Assembly (NCBI GenBank): GCA_038108555.1
Contig: JAYNIA010000040.1
Location: 1 to 23,971, forward strand
Source of the DNA: Nitrospinota bacterium
GTDB lineage: Bacteria > Nitrospinota > Nitrospinia > Nitrospinales > VA-1
Reading direction: 5' to 3'
Length of the DNA: 23,971 nt
In this document: piece after piece, positions 8,047 to 17,424 of the stretch
Layout of the letters: every line of letters begins with the position of its first letter
How positions within the stretch are numbered: position 1 is the first letter of the stretch
The notes under the pieces: generated by a model
What the model saw: the letters and a program-made list of their open reading frames with translations, nothing else
What the model was told of the DNA's origin: nothing
The model's database searches: none
Made by a program: the position numbers and the translations under genes

Positions 8047-8961
8047 TTGTATAAACATCTTTCAACCCTGCCGACTCTACCTATGGTTGTAATCCCCTTA
8101 ATTCTAATTCTTGGTCTTTTCTTTAATCCTGCCCCGTTGTATTCACAACAGCATCCCGGTTTTGAAAACTTCCAGTTGTCAAAAAAAGATGAAGCTGAAG
8201 TATTTTTTGCAAGAGGACTATATAAAGAGTCCATTGAAAAATATAAAGAGGTGCTTAAGTTAGAAGTGGGTACCAGTTATATTTTTCGAACGATGCTGAA
8301 AGCCTGGAAAGCTTTGAATGATTTGAAAAGTGCGGAGCAGTTTTTTAAAGATTATCCGAAGGCACCTTCCACGCATACCTGGTATGCGGATGGTTTTTTA
8401 AATTATTTGAAATCGGATTACGCTGTTGCAGAAGCTTCCTTTAGCAAAGCAGTTCAGTTGGACCCTAAAAATGGCCTTGCCTGGAATAATTGGGGTGCCA
8501 TTCTATCCGAAAAAAAACAGTATCCCCTCGCAGTGGAAAAGGTTCGAAAAGCCCTCGAAGCGAATCCTAAAGAACCCATTTTTATTTTGAACCTGAATAA
8601 GATTTATTCTGAAATGGGAGAGCCGCATCGATTCGAAAAAGAGTATAGGGATTTGTTGCAACAAAACTCCAAAGAGCTTGCCTGGGCTTATGGGAAAACC
8701 CTGGCTCGGGCTATCAGACAAAGGTCATTTGGTTCCTATTCCAAAGGCGATTTAGACAACACCATTGCTGGTTTTGAAGAAATGCTTAAAATTTACCGGG
8801 AAATAGACGATATTAAGGGTGAGGTTCCTGCATTATTTAGCTTGGGACTGCTTCATGAAGAAAAAGGTAATGCTCAAAAAGCCCAGGAATATTTCAAGCG
8901 AGTTTTGGCTATAAATCCGAACCATATTCAGGCTCGGGATAAAGTCAAACCTTTAGATTGA
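8047..8961 (+). CDS. Exported tetratricopeptide-repeat protein (start TTG 8047 or ATG 8083)
   Basis: Signal-peptide-like hydrophobic N-terminus. TPR motifs (AVQLDPKNGLAWNNWG; ALFSLGLLH…AQEYFKRVLAINP). The 7936 start in the ORF track overlaps dnaB and is unlikely. Confidence 0.85.
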   Translation: MYKHLSTLPTLPMVVIPLILILGLFFNPAPLYSQQHPGFENFQLSKKDEAEVFFARGLYKESIEKYKEVLKLEVGTSYIFRTMLKAWKALNDLKSAEQFFKDYPKAPSTHTWYADGFLNYLKSDYAVAEASFSKAVQLDPKNGLAWNNWGAILSEKKQYPLAVEKVRKALEANPKEPIFILNLNKIYSEMGEPHRFEKEYRDLLQQNSKELAWAYGKTLARAIRQRSFGSYSKGDLDNTIAGFEEMLKIYREIDDIKGEVPALFSLGLLHEEKGNAQKAQEYFKRVLAINPNHIQARDKVKPLD

Positions 8962-9042
8962 TAATGGAGTTCAACCTGAACATGGGTGGAAAAATCCAGG
9001 TTTGAGATTAGGGAATTCATGGACCCTTTTAGCATTTAACTG

Positions 9043-9072
9043 TTGACAAATAAGGGGTTTAAGCGTTAGGAT
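9043..9072 (+). promoter_or_regulatory. sigma70 promoter of the M23 peptidase gene
   Basis: TTGACA (9043-9048)-N18-TAGGAT (9067-9072). Confidence 0.6.
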
Positions 9073-9113
9073 TGCAGGGTTTGATAGGTTTGTAATTTCC
9101 CAAAGGAGAAAGG

Positions 9114-10043
9114 GTGCAAAAAGACGAATTTACCGTAGTTGTATTCCCCGGAGCCATGAGCTCCCCAAAGAAGTTCTGCCTGCCTAAAAAGTTCGCAAAA
9201 CTGGTGTTTGGTGTTTCCGCAGTACTCTTGGTGGCCTTTCTAGGATCATCGGTTTATTTTGTTCAGCAATATTTAAAATTGCAGGGCAATGAAACAGAAT
9301 TGGCCCAACTTCGTAAAGAATCCAAAATAAGGAAAATACAGGTAGAAAAGTTTTCCCATCAGGTTAAGAATTTTGAAACTGAAATGGCTCGGTTGGAGCG
9401 ATTTGAGAAAAAATTGCGAGTCATCACTGCACTTGAAAATTCTCCCAAGTCTGTTGAAAAAAACTGGGGTGTAGGTGGTCCCTATGGTTTGACCACAAGC
9501 AGTTTCAACACGGCTATGGGCCGTGGTGCTGCAAATTTGGTTGAACGTTTATCCAATGGCTTGGATCATTTGGATAAGCAGGCAAAAATTCAAAGTATCA
9601 GCTTCCAAGAGCTGGATAACTTTTTCAAAAATCAAAAATCACTTCTCTCTTCAACCCCTTCCATCTGGCCGACACGCGGCTGGGTGACTTCTGGATTTGG
9701 TTTCCGAAAATCACCTTTTACAGGATTACGCGAAAAACATGAAGGTTGGGATATCGCAGCCCGCTCCGGGTCTCCTGTCAGGGCCACGGCTGATGGCGAA
9801 GTCGTTGTCGAAGGTAGAGAATATGGTTATGGAAACATGATTGAGGTCAATCATGGATATGGTGTGGTGACGCGTTATGGTCATAATTCCAAGCATCTGG
9901 TGAAAGTGGGAGACCATGTCAAACGTGGACAGGTGATTTCGCTGGTGGGAAATACGGGAAGAAGTACAGGACCTCATTTGCATTATGAAGTTCTTTTACA
10001 TGGAGTTCCTGTCAGCCCTAAAAACTATATCCTGGAAGACTGA
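9114..10043 (+). CDS. M23-family metallopeptidase (membrane anchor, coiled coil, LytM domain)
   Basis: GTG start with AAGGAG SD; TM helix; PSIWP, HEGWD (HxxxD), YGH, STGPHLHYEV (HxH). Confidence 0.93.
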   Translation: MQKDEFTVVVFPGAMSSPKKFCLPKKFAKLVFGVSAVLLVAFLGSSVYFVQQYLKLQGNETELAQLRKESKIRKIQVEKFSHQVKNFETEMARLERFEKKLRVITALENSPKSVEKNWGVGGPYGLTTSSFNTAMGRGAANLVERLSNGLDHLDKQAKIQSISFQELDNFFKNQKSLLSSTPSIWPTRGWVTSGFGFRKSPFTGLREKHEGWDIAARSGSPVRATADGEVVVEGREYGYGNMIEVNHGYGVVTRYGHNSKHLVKVGDHVKRGQVISLVGNTGRSTGPHLHYEVLLHGVPVSPKNYILED

Positions 10044-10106
10044 TCCGAACCTTTTTGAATCGATCCATTGATTCTTGTTTCTGGCAGGTATACTCCCCAT
10101 TCAAAT

Positions 10107-10135
10107 TTAATTCTTCTGAATTCTCACGGTATAAT
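10107..10135 (+). promoter_or_regulatory. Putative sigma70 promoter of secA
   Basis: TTAATT-N17-TATAAT (perfect -10 at 10130-10135). Confidence 0.5.
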
Positions 10136-10196
10136 TGGGTTTAAATCTTTAAGGGTTGAACTATTCCTTTTTTAATTATTCCTGGTTTAAATTGCA

Positions 10197-12776
10197 ATGG
10201 TATTTGGACTGATAAAAAAAATCGTTGGTACCCGAAATGATCGGGAAATAAAACGGATTCAAGCCATCGTCGATGAGATCAACGGCTGGGAGGAAAAAAT
10301 CAAGCCCCTTTCAGATGAAGAACTGAAAGGGAAGACCCAGGAGTTTAAGAATAGGCTTTCAGAAGGGGCCACTTTGGATGAAATTCTTCCAGAAGCTTTT
10401 GCTGTGGTTCGAGAGGCCGGTTGGCGAACTCTGCAAATGAGACATTTCGACTCCCAGATGATCGGTGGAATCGTCCTGCATGAAGGAAAGATCGCTGAAA
10501 TGAAAACGGGTGAGGGGAAAACCCTGATGGCGACTTTGCCTGTTTATCTGAATGCTCTGGAAGGTAAGGGAGTTCATGTAGTAACCGTCAACGACTATTT
10601 AGCCAAACGTGATAGTGAGTGGATGGGAACCATCTACAAGTTCATGGGACTTTCGGTTGGGATGATTTACCACGATATCCCGGAAGATGAAAGAAAGGCC
10701 GCCTACAATTGTGACGTGCTTTACGGAACCAATAATGAGTTTGGTTTTGATTATTTGCGCGACAACATGAAATCTTCAAAAGAATATATGGTCCAAAGGG
10801 ATTTGAACTTTGGAATCATTGATGAAGTCGACAATATTTTAATCGATGAGGCACGAACTCCATTAATCATATCCGGGCCCGCAGAAGAATCGACAGATAA
10901 ATACTATAATGTTAATAAAGTAATTCCCACCCTGAAAAAAGAGACGCATTATCAGGTTGAAGAAAAAACCAAGTCCGCTTCTTTGACCGAGGAAGGGGTT
11001 GCCCTGATGGAGAAAACACTGGGTATTGAAAACCTCTACGATCCCAAAAACATTGAAACCCTACATTGCTTGAATCAGGGAGTAAAAGCACATTTTTGTT
11101 ATCGAAATGAAGTGGATTATGTCGTGCGCGATGGAGAGGTTGTCATCATTGATGAGTTTACCGGTCGTATGATGAATGGAAGAAGATATAGCGATGGACT
11201 TCATCAGGCCCTGGAAGCCAAGGAAGGGGTCAAGATTGAAAACGAAAACCAGACCCTGGCAAGTATTACGTTTCAGAACTATTTCCGCATGTATAAAAAG
11301 CTTGCAGGAATGACCGGTACGGCAGACACCGAAGCCGAAGAGTTTATGTCCATCTACAAACTTGAGGTGGTGGTCGTTCCTACCAACCGTCCCATGATTC
11401 GGGAAGATTACCCAGATGTGATTTACAGGACGGAAAAGGAAAAATTCGATGCGGTGATTGAAGAGATCGTGGAGTTAAATAAAATCAGCCGACCGGTTTT
11501 GGTGGGTACAATATCGATTGAGAAGTCAGAACTTTTGAGTAAAAAGCTCAAAAAGCATGGTATCAAGCATAACGTCCTCAATGCCAAGCACCATGAAAAG
11601 GAAGCCGAAATTGTATCTCAAGCAGGTCAACCGAATGCCGTCACCATCGCCACCAATATGGCTGGCCGGGGAACGGACATCGTTCTGGGGGAAGGAATCC
11701 CCGAACTGGGTGGCCTGCATATTCTGGGAACAGAGCGCCATGAAAGTCGACGCATCGATAACCAGTTGCGGGGGCGTTCGGGAAGACAGGGAGATAAAGG
11801 GTCCTCCAGGTTCTACCTGAGTCTGGAAGATGATTTGTTGCGTATTTTTGGATCCGATAAAATATCTCCCCTCATGGCGCGACTAGGGATGGAAAATGGA
11901 CAGCCCATCGAGCACAGCATGGTTTCTAAAGCGGTAGCCAATGCACAGAGAAAAGTCGAAGCTCATAACTTTGATATGCGAAAGCATGTTTTGGAATATG
12001 ACGATGTGATGAATCGTCAACGAGAAGTTCTTTATGCATTAAGAAGGGAAATCATAGAATCTGATAAACCCAACGAAATTCTTCTTGAAATGGCAGACGA
12101 GTTGATTGATGACATTGTTTCTGAGATCGCCCCCGAAAAAATTTATCCGGAAGAATGGGACATTGAGTATTTAAACGATTTTCTCGAGAGGCAGTTTTTA
12201 GTTCATATTGAAAAAGTCAGTGACAATGAACTGGTAATTCAGAAAAAGGATAAGCTGGAACTGGAGCATTGCAATGCAGAGAAGCTGTTTGAAGCAATCA
12301 GTAAGGCGGTAGCTGAAACTTACAACTTAAAAGAGCAAAAGGTTATCGATTTAGGAATAGACCTTTCTGCCCTGCGGCGTGAAGAGAGATTAATAATGCT
12401 GGATGTTCTTGATACCCTTTGGAAGGACCATTTGCTTGGAATGGACCATTTAAAGGAAGGTATTGGGTTGCGTGGTTACGCGCAAAAGAATCCGCTGACA
12501 GAATATAAAAAAGAAGGGTTCACTCTATTCAGTGAGCTAATGAACCGGATCAGGGAAGAGGTCACGGGATATCTTTTTAAAGCTCAAATCAGAAGTGTGA
12601 GGGAAGCTGACGAGGAAGAGATGATGGCCCAGCAAAAGCAAATGGTAGAACATCGGGGAAGTGAAGAAGGAGGAGAAAAGCCTGAGACGGTCCGTCGAGT
12701 TGAAGAAAAGGTAGGAAGAAACGATCCCTGTCCTTGCGGAAGCGGTAAAAAGTATAAAAAATGTTGCGGGAGTTAA
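10197..12776 (+). CDS. secA: Preprotein translocase ATPase SecA
   Basis: [48 protein letters not shown]-terminal [17 protein letters not shown]. Confidence 0.99.
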   Translation: MVFGLIKKIVGTRNDREIKRIQAIVDEINGWEEKIKPLSDEELKGKTQEFKNRLSEGATLDEILPEAFAVVREAGWRTLQMRHFDSQMIGGIVLHEGKIAEMKTGEGKTLMATLPVYLNALEGKGVHVVTVNDYLAKRDSEWMGTIYKFMGLSVGMIYHDIPEDERKAAYNCDVLYGTNNEFGFDYLRDNMKSSKEYMVQRDLNFGIIDEVDNILIDEARTPLIISGPAEESTDKYYNVNKVIPTLKKETHYQVEEKTKSASLTEEGVALMEKTLGIENLYDPKNIETLHCLNQGVKAHFCYRNEVDYVVRDGEVVIIDEFTGRMMNGRRYSDGLHQALEAKEGVKIENENQTLASITFQNYFRMYKKLAGMTGTADTEAEEFMSIYKLEVVVVPTNRPMIREDYPDVIYRTEKEKFDAVIEEIVELNKISRPVLVGTISIEKSELLSKKLKKHGIKHNVLNAKHHEKEAEIVSQAGQPNAVTIATNMAGRGTDIVLGEGIPELGGLHILGTERHESRRIDNQLRGRSGRQGDKGSSRFYLSLEDDLLRIFGSDKISPLMARLGMENGQPIEHSMVSKAVANAQRKVEAHNFDMRKHVLEYDDVMNRQREVLYALRREIIESDKPNEILLEMADELIDDIVSEIAPEKIYPEEWDIEYLNDFLERQFLVHIEKVSDNELVIQKKDKLELEHCNAEKLFEAISKAVAETYNLKEQKVIDLGIDLSALRREERLIMLDVLDTLWKDHLLGMDHLKEGIGLRGYAQKNPLTEYKKEGFTLFSELMNRIREEVTGYLFKAQIRSVREADEEEMMAQQKQMVEHRGSEEGGEKPETVRRVEEKVGRNDPCPCGSGKKYKKCCGS

Positions 12777-12783
12777 AACGGGG

Positions 12784-13428
12784 TTACAAGTTTTCAGCAG
12801 CTTCCTGGCATTCAATACACAAGGTAGTTAGAGGCATTATTTGTAGCCTTTTCAAGCTTATCTTTTTATCACAAGCTTCACACATCCCATATGTACCCTC
12901 ATTTATCCTGAACAAAGAATCCTCAATCAACCTAAGCTCATTTCGGTCGCGACTGGTCAGTTGAAAGACCATCTCCCTTCCTTCCAGGCTTGAGGCAAGA
13001 TCAATTTCATTACTGAAAGTAATCTCTCCCACATCTCTTTCAAGAGATTGTGAAGATTGAATAAGCTTAAGAAGTTCACTTCTTTTTTCCAGAAGCCGCT
13101 CTCTGATTTTTGAAGTTTCCGGTCCCAGTTTTGGAAGCGCTTTTGGACTCGGTTTTTTGGAGTCTTCATTTTTGGCGGTTGCTTTTTTCTTTGGGGTCGC
13201 CTTTTTTGCAGGAGCTTTTTTAGCCGCTTTCTTTTTTGCAGGGGCCTTTTTGGCCGCAGCTTTTTTAGTTGCAGTTTTTCCCGCTTTTTTCTTTGAGCTG
13301 GTTTTCTTGCTTACTGTCTTTTTAGCTGTATTTTTCTTTGCGGGCACTTTTTTCTTAACTGCTTTTTTCTTTGTTGCGGTTTTCTTTTTTGTTGCCTTCT
13401 TTTTAGCTGCTTTTTTCTTCGTCGCCAT
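12784..13428 (-). CDS. dksA: DksA/TraR-family RNA polymerase-binding factor with a Lys/Ala-rich N-terminal extension
   Basis: Coiled coil with NEIDLA tip; GTYGMCEAC…RL…P…LCIECQ C4 zinc finger; AGGAG SD. Confidence 0.88.
   Translation of the reverse strand: MATKKKAAKKKATKKKTATKKKAVKKKVPAKKNTAKKTVSKKTSSKKKAGKTATKKAAAKKAPAKKKAAKKAPAKKATPKKKATAKNEDSKKPSPKALPKLGPETSKIRERLLEKRSELLKLIQSSQSLERDVGEITFSNEIDLASSLEGREMVFQLTSRDRNELRLIEDSLFRINEGTYGMCEACDKKISLKRLQIMPLTTLCIECQEAAENL
13201..13260. repeat. Imperfect 30-bp tandem duplication encoding AAKKAPAKK units
   Basis: cttttttgcaggagctttttTAGCCGC (13201) vs cttttttgcaggggccttttTGGCCGC (13231): 24 of the first 27 nt identical. Confidence 0.75.
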
Positions 13429-13516
13429 TTTCGGATCTCCTATTATTGGAACTCAAAGGCGAAGCCAATTGAAAAGGACCCCTGTATTTTCTCCTTACCA
13501 GAAGAAAATTTTTAGA

Positions 13517-13545
13517 ACCTTATCACCTGCAAAAACAAAGTACAA
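13517..13545 (-). promoter_or_regulatory. Putative sigma70 promoter of dksA
   Basis: Minus strand TTGTAC-N17-TAAGGT with extended TG. Confidence 0.55.
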
Positions 13546-13636
13546 GCCTTTATTTGAAGTTATGGGTGGGATTTTCCGCTTCCGAATGGGACATTTAAGG
13601 GTTAATTCCCCGGTTTTTGGAGAAAATTTTGAGCTC

Positions 13637-13924
13637 CTAAATCTCATAGTCGACGACAATGGAAGAGGAGCATAGTGAACGCATTAATTTTACAACAGGT
13701 AAATGGTTTTCATGGCCGCTATAAATCTTCAATCCTTCCCGGTTTTCAAAAAGGGCAGTGAGAACAATATCGTAGCTTCTCTCAGACTCCAAAAAATCCG
13801 TTCCTATTTCGATGGACTTTAAGGTTTCGATATTTCCTTCCAAACTTTGCAGGGAATTGACGGCGCTTTCCATATTTTCTGGAGTTTTTTCTGCTAGTTT
13901 GAACATGACAATGTGTTTGACCAT
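13637..13924 (-). CDS. Dabb-family (stress-responsive A/B barrel) protein
   Basis: MVKHIVMFKL…YD…F…L..Y..H..H…VVDYE pattern; GGAG SD. Confidence 0.92.
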   Translation of the reverse strand: MVKHIVMFKLAEKTPENMESAVNSLQSLEGNIETLKSIEIGTDFLESERSYDIVLTALFENREGLKIYSGHENHLPVVKLMRSLCSSSIVVDYEI

Positions 13925-14042
13925 TTAATTTTCTCCGGAAATAATTAAAAAATAAGTATATTTAGTATAATGATATCTTAACCATGTAAAGTTATTTTTA
14001 GTTGTTTATCTACTATTCGTAAAACCTAAAAAATATAAAATT

Positions 14043-14765
14043 ATGTCCTGGTGGGTGGGTGCGGGTTTAGGCTTTTTAAGGGGAGGTCCTTTCGGTGCGG
14101 TGGTGGGAGGCGTTGCGGAGCACTTTCTTGGAAAAAAAATCCAAAGTAAATTACAAAAAGGTTTGCCGGGCATTCATAAAAAGGGAGACTTTATAACGTG
14201 TCTTGTAATCATATTGACGCGTGTAGGTTCAATTAGAGGCCCTTTGACTTCCAGACAAATTGGGGGCATTCACAAGTTTTTCCAGAAAAACCTGAATTTT
14301 GGTGCAGAAGATTTTAAAGCCATCGACCCATTGGTTCTCGAAGTCCAAAATAAAAAACCGGATATAGATAAATTTGTCGAAGAGTATAAAAATTCCTGCA
14401 AAAATAATTATAACCTTTTACTTGTCGCGCTTTGCTACCAAATTTCTTTGGTTGAAAATAGTTTGAACGAGGAATCTGAGAGCATGCTCAAAAAAATTGT
14501 TCTTCAACTGGGCGTGTCTTACGACCAGCATAATAAAATTAGGGATAAATATTCCTTAATGGCTCTCAAAACCCCCTACAATATTCTGCAAATTCCTTCA
14601 GATGCTTCAAACGAGGAAGTAAAGAAAGCGTATCGCAGTTTGATCAGTGTCTGTCACCCTGATCGTGTGGCCAACGAAGGGGAGGAAGCAGCAGAGGCAG
14701 CGCACCTGAAATTTTTGGAAATTCAGGCGGCGTATCAGGAACTGGAAAACGTCAGGGAAATTTAA
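14043..14765 (+). CDS. djlA: DjlA-like co-chaperone (N-terminal Gly-rich anchor, TerB-like domain, C-terminal J domain)
   Basis: GAGLGFLRGGPFGAVVG N-terminus; PYNIL…EVKKAYR…HPD…EIQAAY J domain. Confidence 0.8.
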   Translation: MSWWVGAGLGFLRGGPFGAVVGGVAEHFLGKKIQSKLQKGLPGIHKKGDFITCLVIILTRVGSIRGPLTSRQIGGIHKFFQKNLNFGAEDFKAIDPLVLEVQNKKPDIDKFVEEYKNSCKNNYNLLLVALCYQISLVENSLNEESESMLKKIVLQLGVSYDQHNKIRDKYSLMALKTPYNILQIPSDASNEEVKKAYRSLISVCHPDRVANEGEEAAEAAHLKFLEIQAAYQELENVREI

Positions 14766-16027
14766 GCGGGTTCTACGCTGTTTTCAGCATCTTCCAATTT
14801 TCTTACAATCAGAGAATGAATTTTCCTTTTACTGGATTCCTTGACCGTTAATCGATAAGGTCCAGCAAGGACCTGGTCTCCGGGATGAGGAATTTTTTCG
14901 AGACGGTCGATAACCAGTCCGGCAATAGTTTCGAAGTCTCCTGCAGGGAGGTTCCAATTCAAAGTTTCATTGAGTACGCTTATTTCTGTACTTCCCTCAA
15001 TGAGGAATCCGCCTTCTGCATAGGGCTGATATAATTTTTCCGGTTTGTCGTATTCATCCTCAATTTCACCTACGATTTTTTCCAACAGGTCTTCAATGGT
15101 GACAAGACCGATGCAACCACCATACTCATCCACCACAAAAGCCATGTGAAGCCCCCCTTGTTGCAGTTCTTTAAGGAGGTCATCGATTTTTTTGTTGGGG
15201 GGAATGTAATGGGCGGGCCGGATAAGGCTGGTGATCGGAGTATTATCCATTTCCTGATCCAACAGATCAAAGGCATTCAAAATTCCGATTAAATTATGCA
15301 TTCGTTCATGGAATACCGGTAACCGGGAAAATCCCGAGTCATTAGCCAGTTCATGGGCTTCCTTCATATTAGAACTATCTTTTAGTGCGATCATTTGCAC
15401 CAGAGGTACCATGCATTGTTCTACTGTGAGCTCCCCAAAGTTAAATATGTTATGGATAATCTTTTTTTCGGTTGTTCCAAGGTCCACCGTTTGAGAGTCC
15501 AGGCTCAAAACTTTTCTCAATTGATCCCGGCTGAAGGTGAAGGTTTTTTCCGTTGTTCCTTCGGGGACCCGGCTGGTTAAATTTTGGGAAGTGCTGGATA
15601 GCCATTTGACCAAAGGTCCCATGCAATTTGAAAGCAGGTTTAAGGGGTAAATCATTATCGGCATCAGGTTGTCGGCGCGATTTTGAAAAATTACCTTGGG
15701 AATTATTTCTCCCCCAAAAAAAACCAGGGGGAAAATGATAAGCATGGCCATCCACTCTCCATGGTTGCCAAACTGCGAAACCATGAAAGCAGTAAAAACG
15801 GCTGAGCTGGTAACCATGGCAAGGTTGGTTCCCAGCGATGTTGTGGTGAAAAGTTTTTCGGGATTATCCAGCAGTTTTAAAATCGATTGGGCGGCAGAAT
15901 CTCCATCTTCAGCCAGTTTCTTCATTTTTATCCGGTTGACTGAAACCATGCCAATTTCAGAACCCGAAAAAAATGCTTCCAACATTATGGCAAGCAGTAC
16001 CCAGAAAATTGTAGTGGTAGGATCCAT
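14762..16027 (-). CDS. CNNM/DUF21-CBS-CorC_HlyC protein (hemolysin/CorB-like Mg2+/Co2+ transport family)
   Basis: AFFSGSE, GEIIPK, FSRLPV, VVDEYGG…[23 protein letters not shown]. Confidence 0.93.
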   Translation of the reverse strand: MDPTTTIFWVLLAIMLEAFFSGSEIGMVSVNRIKMKKLAEDGDSAAQSILKLLDNPEKLFTTTSLGTNLAMVTSSAVFTAFMVSQFGNHGEWMAMLIIFPLVFFGGEIIPKVIFQNRADNLMPIMIYPLNLLSNCMGPLVKWLSSTSQNLTSRVPEGTTEKTFTFSRDQLRKVLSLDSQTVDLGTTEKKIIHNIFNFGELTVEQCMVPLVQMIALKDSSNMKEAHELANDSGFSRLPVFHERMHNLIGILNAFDLLDQEMDNTPITSLIRPAHYIPPNKKIDDLLKELQQGGLHMAFVVDEYGGCIGLVTIEDLLEKIVGEIEDEYDKPEKLYQPYAEGGFLIEGSTEISVLNETLNWNLPAGDFETIAGLVIDRLEKIPHPGDQVLAGPYRLTVKESSKRKIHSLIVRKLEDAENSVEPA

Positions 16028-17331
16028 TACGTTGTTGCTGTTTTTACTTTTTCAGACTCTTCGGTAGCAACCGAACGTTTGAGTAAAGTAAGGTGAAGGT
16101 TTAAGATTCTAGACCCCTTCATTTTTTCTACCCTGAATTTAAAATGCTCCATAGTGGTTGATTCTCCCGAGCGGGGGATTCGTCCAAACAATCCAAAGAC
16201 CAGGCCTCCAACAGTGTCATAGTCGTTGGCGGGTAAATCACTATCGAATGCTTCGTTAAACTCAGTCAGGCTCAAACCACCCGAAATTCGGTATTGGTTG
16301 TCAGTGATTTTTTGCAGAGGTTGCTCGTCTTTCCGCATTTCACTGTCAATTTCGCCAACCAGTTCTTCGATAATATCTTCCAGGGTAACGAGTCCACAAA
16401 CGCTTCCATATTCGTCCAGGACTATTGCCATGTGCCTTTTTAACTTTCTGAATTCCTCCAGCATTTCTTTGATCATCTTAGCTTTAGGAACAACCACGGC
16501 TGGGTGGAGGATGCTTTTTAAATTTACTTTTTCACGTGGCAAATGCTTCAACCGGGTAAGATCTTTTGTGAACAAGATGCCTAAAACCTCTTCCTCTTCT
16601 TCTCCATACACGGGGACCCTTGAATAAAAATTCTCCATAATCCTCGGTAGAATCTCATCAAGACTGTCCTTTATATTTACCGTGAACATGTCAATTTTTG
16701 GGGTCATGACTTCACCGACAGTGGTTTCTCCAAACTCTATGGCTTTATGAATTAGGGCCCTTTCATCAGAATCAATAACACCTTCTCCTTCCCCCACTTG
16801 CACCATGGTTCGGAACTCTTCATCGGAGATAGAGGATTCTTTATGGAAATGCGTTAAAATTCCAAAATAACGCATAATTATTTCAGTCCAGGAGTTGAAT
16901 AGTTTTTGGGCCGGTTGGACGATATTTGCGAACCCCTTCAAAGGATAAGCCGCCATCAAGGCATAGGGTTGTGCATATTTTATGGAAATACTTTTGGGTA
17001 CAATTTCCCCTAGAAAAAGGAGAAGTAGTGTGCCGACTCCAATAGCTACCCCGACCCCGACATTTCCAAGCAAGCTAATGGCTATCGAAGTAATGACAAC
17101 GGAAATGGCAATGTTGACCAGTTCATTTCCGATATAGATTGTTATTAAAAGTTCACGGGGTTTTTGCAGGAGGGAATGAACCAAACGCCCTGACCGTCCT
17201 TTTTTTTCCTCCATTTCCTTTTGCTGAAGTGGATTGAGTGAAAAAAAGGCGACTTCGCATGCCGAAAAAAATGCGGAGCAGAAAAACAGAAACAGGAGTA
17301 GTAGCGACCGTGGAAATAATGAGTCGTCCAA
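16027..17331 (-). CDS. CNNM/DUF21-CBS-CorC_HlyC protein (second paralog)
   Basis: SAFFSACE, GEIVPK, YSRVPV, LDEYG…VTLEDIIEELVGEI, DTVGG; TTG start. Confidence 0.93.
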   Translation of the reverse strand: MDDSLFPRSLLLLFLFFCSAFFSACEVAFFSLNPLQQKEMEEKKGRSGRLVHSLLQKPRELLITIYIGNELVNIAISVVITSIAISLLGNVGVGVAIGVGTLLLLFLGEIVPKSISIKYAQPYALMAAYPLKGFANIVQPAQKLFNSWTEIIMRYFGILTHFHKESSISDEEFRTMVQVGEGEGVIDSDERALIHKAIEFGETTVGEVMTPKIDMFTVNIKDSLDEILPRIMENFYSRVPVYGEEEEEVLGILFTKDLTRLKHLPREKVNLKSILHPAVVVPKAKMIKEMLEEFRKLKRHMAIVLDEYGSVCGLVTLEDIIEELVGEIDSEMRKDEQPLQKITDNQYRISGGLSLTEFNEAFDSDLPANDYDTVGGLVFGLFGRIPRSGESTTMEHFKFRVEKMKGSRILNLHLTLLKRSVATEESEKVKTATT

Positions 17332-17424
17332 AGTTTTTAAGAAACCTCAAGCTTGGCTGGCACTTGTTTATCGATTTTCAAAAATCTCGATAGAGGCAAT
17401 TTTCTATAACCGGAACCTTTTGTT

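Noticed and set aside
13442..13500. Second SD-like TAAGGAG in the dksA leader, suggesting a leader peptide
   Set aside because: Only an ATA codon follows at a suitable spacing; there is no canonical start.
13157..13675. 172-aa Phe/Ala-rich plus-strand ORF resembling a membrane protein
   Set aside because: Antisense shadow of the Lys/Ala-rich dksA tail (AAA read as TTT).
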